A stretch of 64,000 nucleotides of DNA from Phoronis australis (lineage: Eukaryota; Animalia; Phoronida): assembly GCA_002633005.1 (NCBI GenBank), contig NMRA01000265.1, forward strand, positions 364,906 through 428,905, written 5' to 3'. This document shows positions 55,201 to 64,000 of the stretch, piece after piece. Position 1 is the stretch's first letter. Every line of letters starts with the position of its first letter. Both the position numbers and the translations under genes were made by a program. The notes under the pieces were generated by a model. The model searched no databases. It was given only the letters and a program-made list of their open reading frames with translations, and was not told where the DNA came from.

Positions 55201-58200
55201 CGCAAGATCCGACCAATAAGATGCATCCTGTGTACCTGTATAGAATGCCGTTTGCATGCGAAATTTACTTGTTGTTATTGGTCAATCACAGTTACTTTGT
55301 GAAGGATTGACCAATGAACAATGTGCTTACTTGGTTTTGCATTGTGGGATATCATATGCTTTGGAAATTGTGTTATTAAATAAGATGTTGAGAGCAAAAT
55401 TTCGGATATGAGTATATCAAGGAATTAGATTTCAAAAATGGGAAAAGAATTAATTGTGTTTCGTCATGCTGATTTCAATTCTGAGAAGCCTGACGCCTGT
55501 AACACCATCATGTATTAGAAATTACTAGATATTGGGATTTGTGGAGCCATGGTAGTGTGGAAAGAAATTAAGCATGCCGACAACAAAAGCCAAAAAACAT
55601 CAATGTGACAAGCTGAATTTTTACAGTGTTGCTTTTTTATTTATTTAAACATGGTTCGAAATTGTACATTGCTGTTTTGGCGATTGTCAGGGGAACTGTC
55701 TCATTGTACATTCATGATATTTGCCTTGAACCACACATGAGGACACATCATAGAGACACTTTTAACTCCTACTGCATTTCTCTGCCATTTTCTCATTCAG
55801 AAATGCATCCATAAGGGATAGAAGCAATTGTCATGGAACTGATTCACTGTACATCCATGATATCTGTGCCTTGAACCACACACGGAGATTCACTATAGAG
55901 ACGTTTTTAATTCCCATTGTATTTCCAGTCTCTGCCATTTTTACATAGATGAGAAATGGTTTTGCTTATTGAGCCACAGCCTTTGTTATTTCGTCTGTTC
56001 ATACCTTGTGATACTTGACTGTATATTTTTCAGCTACCTTGTTGCGTTGTCTCTAGAACAAGAACAAAGGTCTGCCCAGACTCCGCCCTCTTGGCAAGAT
56101 AGTGGACTCTCAGAGTATGTCAATATGTGTTTGAAATTGTGTTGAATTGTGTGGGTGCCTTGTGCAGTCAATGGACAAGGAAATGCCAAATTTGGGAAAT
56201 AATTAAAATGATTGGCAGTGGAAATTTTATTCATTACAACTTACTCCCGTTTAGTCCGTATTCCAGACAATACCGGTTTTCAGAGGCCTGATATCAATCT
56301 TTCTTTTGCGAATCGCCAGGCTCAGCCTTCTGTCCGATGTCACAACACAATTATCTACCTTGTTGAATGAATACATTAAACACATATCAAATCAAAACTG
56401 TTGTCAACAAATAAAAACACTTTGCAGCATTTTGGCCAATTTTTATCGTATTTCTTTCACGAAAGAAGGATTCTACATTAACCTTTCACGAGGAATTCAA
56501 TCTCGGTAGGCAGACACGTTAAAACATTACCAGTTTCTGTCCTTGTCATTTTTGATTTATTTTGGACAGTACGGTGTATTTTATGGCTGTTAATACAGCA
56601 ATTGTCCTGTGAAATACAATAAGAGCTGATATCAACTTTCCCGATATCAAGGGTGGACAGTGACATTGGTTTTCCCAGTTGATACTGAGAAACATTTCCC
56701 AATCACAACATACCACTGAACATTCCAGTTTCCCAATGGGTGATAGTTTTGTGGGAACAGGTAGCTATCAACAAACCTGTGCCTTCTGTCAGAAACCAAC
56801 CTGATTTAGGCTGATTACCATTAGAAATTCATTCTCGTCTTGTTCCTTTCTGAGATTAGAAATGGTGCCTGAGCTTTAGAAGAATTGACGGGATGTAAAA
56901 ACATCAGATCAGGCCCACTACGTTGATTGTCACAGCCAGTTAGTTTCAGTTGTCAAGGTGATATGGCTTTTATCAGAATTCCAAGTGATTTAGTTTAACC
57001 AATTTTGATTCAAACAAAGAATAAGGATGCGATGAAATAGGAAGTTTATGTTTTTAATAATTTTTTTGATTTTTCTTGGCATTTAGTCAAATGTTAGGTC
57101 CTAAAACAACTTGTGGGAATACTGGATACCATTTTGTGGAAAATAAATTACTCGAAATTCGGGATTACCAAATTAATACTGGAAGTTGATATCATTGCTC
57201 ATTGTTACAGGATCTGCCTACAGTGAAATTGTTGTTTTTTGTAGTCCGTTTGCAATTTGATTATTTCTGTTTGTAAACATCTTCTAGTTATAGTATGGTT
57301 TCTTGTCATATCTTGAGGCCATTTAACCCTATAACACAGATGACAACAACTTTCCTGAGAGAGGATGTATGAGACTCAATTACTGAACAGAGACAGAACA
57401 TGCAAGTTATCTTGAGAATCGTTTCCATTAATCTTTGCCTCCTAGCTGTAGCGTAATAGTCATATTTGACTGTACATATTTAGCAATGGTGGGTCACAAC
57501 AATCCAGCAATTTCGTGAATTTATGTTTGTTGTGGTAAGACCTAGCTGCCCCAGGACTTGCTCTTTCTGCGCTCAGTTATAAGTGGCTTGAGTTGGTGGG
57601 ATTAAATGGTACTCGGGTGAAACGTATGTCGGTTGGTGTCCTTGACACTCTAACTCTGTGTTCTGTGTTTGTGAGTTTGTTGCTGGTTCTCAGGCTTCTT
57701 GTCTGACTATTGTGTGGCAATGGCTGCTCCTCACTAAGTCGATGGGGAAACCATGTCACCACATTTCAGGAGAAAACGCCAGCGATAAAGATGAGAAATT
57801 TATGATAGGCAAACATTGCGAAGATTAGTGGTGAATTTCGGTTTTAGAAATGTCACATATTCGACTTCCCAAAAATTGTATTCAGTATTTGGAAAATCCT
57901 AAATTTTTCCTTTAATGTGTTCTATTCACCAAATAGAAGGAACATGAATGTCAGAAGGCATGGCCGTGAATTAAAATCAAGTTTTGAAAAATCTCCACTT
58001 GCCTGGAAACATCACGCTCATTCATAAGTGTTTTTTTCTTAGATTTTGTCCTAGGTTTTTCCACAAAATGTTCTCAAAGAAGACAGCTAATAATTTAGTT
58101 TTTTTTCCAATCATGCAATAATGTTTTAAGTTTGTGGGAAAAATTCCCCCCATAGAAGACTTGCTTGTAAAGCCCTAGTGTAAATTTTTAGCCGAGTATC

Positions 58201-60606
58201 GTTTATCTAATGTTTTTTAAAAATTGCTTCTCTATATCATCATCAATTTGATCTGTGTTCTAGTCATGACCTGGCCATGCAACTTCAGGAGGAAGAGAAT
58301 AGATTAGCTGCCGAGGCTCAACAGAGGGCAGCACCCGTAGCACCGAGGGCCCCGTTACCTGGGCAATCCCAGCCTGCAGCTGTGTCCACTGCGCCACAGA
58401 GAAAGAAGGATAATAATGTGAGTATTCATGTTTGACTATTTTGTTTTGTTTTCAACACTTGGCTATGCTGTAAAAATTCAAATAAGAGCTAGGCGTCGGA
58501 TAGAAGCCAGAGGACAGATACACTGAAATTAATGAATGCCATGTTTCCAGTACAAGCCAAATTTTTGTACTGTCTGTGGTTATTTGGCAGGGGTTAGTTA
58601 TATTGTTATTGCATTGGACCTATTTGTAAATGCATGTAGAGATCGGTTCTGGAGAATGTCTGAAACTCACACAGCGCTTCTAATGCTAAACATTAAAAAT
58701 TCCTCAGTTTGGGACACACTATGGCAGACAGGTGAAATTTAATTTTGTCAAATTTCTCCAAAAATGACTTTTCAGGAAAATTTACTTTGCTTTCAGCTTG
58801 TTTTGTATGGTGTATATAGCTATTACATACAACATTTGGTAATTTTTTGAACATTTGTGACAATATGGTAAGCCTCTGAATAATGTCAATTTTAGCAATT
58901 ATTTTTGTCCAAATTAAAGAATTTTTAGGTAACTATACACCTGCTGATTGGTGCATGAGGTCATTTGGTGACTGTGAACGAGGTGTAAGTCTTTGACATC
59001 ATACCTGTCGCCTCTAATCTCGGCCTTGCTGTTTTGCGGTGACTAACTACAAAATGCAAAATCTTATGTTTTCAAATGCGTTAATCCGAACTAATCGGTT
59101 TTGACATTGGAAACATGAAATAGTTAACTTGGAAGAACTACAACACACCTAATAATTTTTTTTAATTTTCTGTACTATTTTGTGATACACTTTTCTATTC
59201 AAAAAGCACTGCGTAGTTCAGGAGTGTATCAAATAGTTGAATATGTGTGTACTTTGAGTCATTTCTGACACTGTCGTCTCCAACAGCCAACTGTGGTCTG
59301 TTGTTTAAAACTAAAAGAAGCCTGGCCATATGCATTACGCAGTTGTGATCTGTGGCCGGTTTTATGAAACAGTCCCAAATAGGGACTCAACTGAGGTCCT
59401 TAAGTCTTTTTGCGTATTTGTGTCTTAACGGACTCACAGATGCAATATTTTTCTATCATTTCATCCTTATTATAAGCTCCTCCATGAGTAATGACATTTT
59501 CTAATAATTGAACTAAAAACTGAGCCCAGAGTTCATTGAAAATAAATAGGGACTCAGTCCTTAAATTGGGGGTGTTGCATGAAAAGATCCCTAAATATTT
59601 TCGATAATATTGACAATTCAACGTAGAATTCACTCTTGACTTAGTAAGTCAGAAGTTGACTTAAAAAGTAATGAAACTAAAACAATTCAAGAAAGAGCAA
59701 TTGATGTTTTCACAAGTCCAAAAATACACAGTAGATTTAGGGAACTTAGTTGAGTCCCTATTTAGGACTGTTTCATGCAACCGGCCACTGGGGCCTTCAT
59801 ATTCAAGTGGGACCGGTTTGTTCTGACTTATTGTTTTGTTAAAAGGATTATAACTAAATTCATTTTTACCAGTCTTCCTATGTAGCATCAGTAGTGCTGT
59901 TGTTGCTGATATGTATGTTTATTACTTGGTCACAGAGCGTTGTTTTCGATGTTTTATTGTGAATCTTAAAGCAAATATTGACTTACATTTATAAGGTGCT
60001 CGATCTGCTCTGAAACATTGATGTTGTAAGTGTTAAGTCATTCAGTAATAGCGGCAGTTAGTTTCATTCAGTTAAATTGCATGTTCCGTTTGGTTTGAAA
60101 AACTGCCTTATTATGTGAATTTAGCAAGTAATTGAATTTAGATACAAAATGATAAATGCGCAGACTGATTTGTGTGTGAGGCTAGTAGGCTAGTACTATC
60201 TCGTATTGATTATAACTGTAGTAAATGATAAAATAGTAATAATGATAGCTTTATTAGGTACAATGTGAAGTCGTTGGTTTGGGGGGAGGTTAGACAACTA
60301 GGAGAAGGGAGGTGGCAAAAAGCTGTGACAATGTTGGGGGGCTGAAGTTGGTGGGATGCCCTTTAATAATTTTACCATCCTGCTGGTCAGTGATAGTTAT
60401 AGCATACTTCAAAATACCGTTTTCCATTGAGACAGGTAATGACAGAGAGCTCTGCTTGCACTCAGCTGTTTTGTCGGGGGATTTCCTTGTCATTTTGTCT
60501 GATCATTGTTACCGTAGCTTATATTTGCATATATGCTAATTATTAAGCTTATGCAGACATGTAGTGTTCATTGCCTGTCCTCTATTTCCAGTGTACAATA
60601 TTATAG
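48667..60606 (+). CDS. MINDY2: MINDY-1/2 family (FAM63) K48-linkage deubiquitinase, span of 9 coding exons, 614 aa
   Basis: Catalytic motifs TQNENGPCPL and FFRNNHFST, LYHGWLVDPQ, LVTDQGFL, two MIU motifs, terminal CTIL*. Exons sum to 1845 nt. Probably co-orthologous to vertebrate MINDY1/2. Confidence 0.93.
49524..49891 (+). CDS. MINDY2: MINDY exon 2 with catalytic Cys (QNENGPCPL)
   Basis: ctgctctcag / AAG|gtacca, 368 nt, phase 1-0. Confidence 0.92.
50338..50444 (+). CDS. MINDY2: MINDY exon 3 (DITDDTRLNYEQNMHDAM...GLDVNVRFT)
   Basis: ctgctag / gtaagt, 107 nt, phase 0-2. Confidence 0.94.
51288..51478 (+). CDS. MINDY2: MINDY exon 4 (VNDFEYTPECIVFDLL...LVTE)
   Basis: gtttcag / G|gtttga, 191 nt, phase 2-1. 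Confidence 0.93.
52943..53085 (+). CDS. MINDY2: MINDY exon 5 with catalytic His (FFRNNHFST)
   Basis: taactag / gtgagt, 143 nt, phase 1-0. Confidence 0.94.
54485..54681 (+). CDS. MINDY2: MINDY exon 6 (DELFLLVTDQGFL...QVDQ)
   Basis: ttttaacag / gtaggt, 197 nt, phase 0-2. Confidence 0.94.
54774..54871. repeat. 22-bp minisatellite, ~4.5 copies
   Basis: gggtgcttgcagagctcctgtt at 54774, 54796, 54818, 54840, 54862. Confidence 0.95.
55684..55941. repeat. Diverged ~143-bp-period tandem duplication
   Basis: ggaactg..tgtacat.catgatat..tgccttgaaccacaca..atagagac..ttttaa..tctctgccatttt occurs twice. Confidence 0.8.
56034..56114 (+). CDS. MINDY2: MINDY exon 7, MIU1 (DYLVALSLEQEQ)
   Basis: tttttcag / gtatgt, 81 nt, phase 2-2. 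Confidence 0.9.
58264..58417 (+). CDS. MINDY2: MINDY exon 8, MIU2 (DHDLAMQLQEEE) and basic pre-CAAX segment
   Basis: gtgttctag / gtgagt, 154 nt, phase 2-0. Confidence 0.9.
59353..59787. mobile_element. PIF/Harbinger-like MITE (435 bp)
   Basis: ~54-bp TIR tggccggtt..atgaaacagtcc.aaatagggactcaact; 3-bp direct repeat CTG on both sides. Confidence 0.85.
60592..60606 (+). CDS. MINDY2: MINDY terminal exon coding part: CAAX box CTIL*
   Basis: cctctatttccag|TGT ACA ATA TTA TAG. MINDY1/2 proteins end in a CAAX motif. Confidence 0.85.
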   Translation, partial: CTIL

Positions 60607-62570
60607 TGGTGTTGGACCATTCATCGTGTCGTCTTATAACCGAGGAGCATTAACTCAAGAGCAATCAGTTAACAAAAGATGGAGTGCTCTGTGGTCTTCA
60701 CTGGTTATTAAGGATCTCTTTCACTTCTGTTTGCCTGGCTATGGGAGGTAGTCAAAGAGAAACACAGCGGATCAGCATAATTGTTTGAAAATGTTTTGAG
60801 TAAGGAATATTCCTACGATTGCCTGGCAAAGTATTAACTGATGGTGTACTGGAGATAGTCAGCAATGTTCTTGTGGATGGGAAGCTTTGATGGCCATAGA
60901 CACCAAGTCAAGTGGAAGACATACTAAATTTTAGTTTAATGCAACAATCTATCTATCAGTCAGTGGAAGTCCTGTTTAAAGTGTCACATCTTCAAAGAGG
61001 CTGGACTCTTAAAACTCCATGTCGTGCAAGCATTTGTTTTGGCTCGTGTTTGAAGTGGAACCCTCCGTTTTGTTTTTTTAATTGGGCAAGTTAGCCTTCC
61101 TTGTTACACGTGTTAAACCATGAACTGAAGTGAGTTCGTTGATAGCTTCAGTTATTGGAAACATTCACCAGGCAGCCCTACTTTGATTTATTTGAGTTTG
61201 AAATTTGCAACTTCGGCTCGCCAGAATTGGTGTTGCGTGGGACTTGAGGTGCTCAGTCTGGGTCACTGGGTGCAGGTCAGTCCGTGACAACGTTATGGCC
61301 CTTTTGTTAATTGTTGGCATACCGCAGTATGAGAAATAATATATGAAAGCTTTCTGAATAACTAACTATCATTTATATATTTCCAAAGACCTTGTACTTT
61401 TGACGAAGTGAGACAAAAGTATTTTTCAGGAGTAGTTGTGTGGAGCATATTCAAAAGACAAAATCTCTGACCTTGACCTTAAAAATGGTAAGTCGTTTCC
61501 ATGAATCGAACTCCTACTAAAGATCAAGACCACCAATGTCTTCTGCTGACTCTTCATGAAATTCGACCAGTTTGAAGCAATGAGATTGGTCGATTGAAGT
61601 ATACTGAGCATGGCAACTATTGTCTTATTTAACACAATCTTTGGCAGATGAGTCAAATTTTATTCTGCGAACATATTCAGAAAAAAGACCAAGAAAACTT
61701 CACTCTGTTTTTAGCTCGGTGTGTAATTTATAGATGCCGCTATATTTACCGTGTAACAACACTTGACAATGTTTCTATTATATGCAGCTAGGTAATTGAC
61801 AATTATGAATTATTTTTGTGCAAGATTGTCTTAAGTAGTGGGCCGTGCCTGAGGATCGTTTCACAATCCTGGGCTGCTGTTTGGTGTTGCTGAATATGCC
61901 TTCTTGACCTTCTGTGCAATGAGCCATGTTGGAGTGATGAATTCATATTGCTGGTGCTTTGGTTAGCTGTAATCGTTGTTGGGTGCTTTATTGTACATAC
62001 ATTTGCCTGTACCTGCTGCCAATGTGTATGAGAATTAGCCAGTGCATTTTACCCCTCATAAATGAAAGACTCAGGCAAAATCATTTCCGAGAAACGGTCA
62101 AGTTTTTTGGCAATTGTCACATTAAGCCAGGCCAACTACTTGGTCGTAAATCTAGACAATGGCCAACTTCTATCATGAACAGTGGTTTGCCTGAGCTTGA
62201 CTATCAGCTGAGTTATGTAATGCTGTGCAGTTACTGCTAGCAGCGAAAATGAACTTTAAAAATACATTTAAATGCCTTCTCTGTTGATTTTTATTATTTC
62301 CATATAGAAAATACGTGAAAATGCTATCAAACCTTTTTTCCTAGGTTCTTCAAGACCAATTATAAGAGATTCCACATGGTCAAGAATTGAAAAGCTGTTG
62401 CATGACTAACTTGTTGGAAGTATTACCACCATCTTAGGGTATTTCTCCCAGCATAGAACTCAGCCCTGGAAAGCCATCTTGGGTCTGGCGCTGCTGAGGT
62501 TGCGCCTCCCAGTGTAATTTATTTGCATACCTTTGTTCAGGTGTTGGTTCTTGCTACAGAATTTACTGCT

Positions 62571-62576
62571 AATAAA
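62571..62576 (+). terminator. Candidate MINDY polyadenylation signal (3'UTR ~2 kb)
   Basis: First AATAAA I noticed downstream of the stop at 60606. Confidence 0.3.
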
Positions 62577-62898
62577 ACTTTTGGCAAGTCCGCAGTTTTT
62601 CAACCCAGTTGCAGAAGAGAAGTTCTTGATGGTGTATGATTATAGCAGAAGCTAAAGATAAATAATTTAATTCATAATATAAATGACTTGTTAAACAAGC
62701 GGGGAAATAATTTCAGTGATTCAAGACTTCTATCCTCACATTTGCTGTGAAGAATTTAGTCAAGCATTCGTCCCAAATTACACATCTTTATTAATTAATC
62801 GGCCTTTCCTGTTCTTTGATATAATGACATTTTACAGTAAAAGTTCAGAATGCAATTGCATTTACAAAAATTGTGATAAACTAATTCCTCCAACTATC

Positions 62899-63044
62899 CA
62901 GGGGAGGATCCAGGTTTTTGAGTTGGGGGGTAGGTTAGAGTATTAGCCAGGATTTTGCCTGACAGACATTGGCACCCCCGTATTGCCAAATTGAATCTGT
63001 GAGAATTTTACGGGGGCCTTGGCCCCCATCTAAATCCGCCACTG
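62899..63044. mobile_element. Short hAT-like MITE (146 bp)
   Basis: caggggaggat...atccgccactg termini; 5-bp direct repeat ctatc at 62894-62898 and 63045-63049. Confidence 0.75.
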
Positions 63045-64000
63045 CTATCCAAAATTTGCAGATTAATGTTTTCTTATAATATGCTCAAACATCTATTACC
63101 TGGTTTTGAAATGTACTGTGAATAGCTCCTCTCATTGGTTACAGTGTAGACTTTCTATAGAAGTTTAGAAATACACTCATTTTTTCAGAATGAAAAAGTT
63201 AGTGATCCTGATACTGTACGAGTAGTGCATGTTACCGTAAACAAGAGACACCGGAACACACTTTTACGATTGGTACGTTACTAAAGAAAGTAAAGTCTGG
63301 AAAATTACAGTATTCATTACAAAGAAACGATGTTATTTTGAGCACCTATTGGTAGTTGCTGGGGGGTGAGGGGGGAATGAAAAAGCGGGACAACTCTGGG
63401 ACATCTGTGTCTAAGCCAAAACGCAAGAATAAAATGTTCGCCGAAACACACAAGAAGACCTTACACACAAAATTAACCAACGCCGTTTTTTTGTTTTTTA
63501 AGCCACTCTTACAAGGTAGTTTTTACACCCGGGTATATATTTACGTACGGTGTGTATTCATATAAACGTAAATCCACCCGGTGTAAAGGTGCACATCACC
63601 TCTGGAGATCATGTAAATGTAAATTTACACACGTGAACATATACAACTGGCGCGTGTGAACGCAATTTATGTTTACACGCGGATGTAAAAGCAAGTTCAC
63701 TCCGCTGAAAGTGCCACTACAAAACTGTTTCTGCCAGGACTTGGAACTTTCCTCTTATAAGAGGATTTCCTCTTTTTTGGTGTTGATTTGTTATTGTTCG
63801 ATTTCCAGTTTCCTCTTTTGTCGTCTCTTTTATATCATTATTTATTTTGACTTTGTTCATGCAAAAGCGTTTTTTTTTTTTAATTAAATTGTGCAAAAAC
63901 AAAAGAAAATATTTCTATCACACAAGCATAGTGGAACGAAACATCGCCTGAAGTTTGCCTCTTTTTCAAGTTGTCATTGGTCAGACCAAGTCCTGTTCTG

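Noticed and set aside
56750-58140. Three GTGGGAA sites in MINDY intron 7 (56751, 57113, 58134)
   Set aside because: Spread over 1.4 kb with no promoter or exon context. They also show the background rate of this 7-mer is not negligible.
63505-63720. tttacac/gtgtaaa subrepeat region
   Set aside because: Probably a small TE remnant, but the boundaries cannot be determined.

Overview
AT-rich, intron-rich animal genomic DNA, most consistent with a protostome (lophotrochozoan-like) invertebrate. It holds two head-to-head genes, which I rebuilt by hand from GT-AG junctions and reading phase. Minus strand, ~48.5 kb to 3806: Suppressor of Hairless/RBPJ (CSL, the Notch effector), 13 coding exons and ~648 aa. 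One exon is cut by an assembly N at 9158. Plus strand, 48667-60606: a MINDY1/2-family K48 deubiquitinase, 9 coding exons and 614 aa, with two MIU motifs and a CAAX end (CTIL*). Introns carry a non-autonomous Helitron, several TIR MITEs and foldbacks, THAP-transposon fragments and a Helentron/HINE-like element with repeated CTCF-like motifs. Main lead, inferred from sequence only: the CtBP motif (PMDLS) and the Groucho motif (GSLTPPDKV) of Su(H) lie on separate exons. The 16.6-kb intron between them holds up to three phase-compatible alternative first exons, one behind a Su(H) site + E-box + TATA promoter. With a Su(H)-site cluster near the main promoter, this suggests Notch-autoregulated switching between CtBP-containing and CtBP-less Su(H) isoforms.
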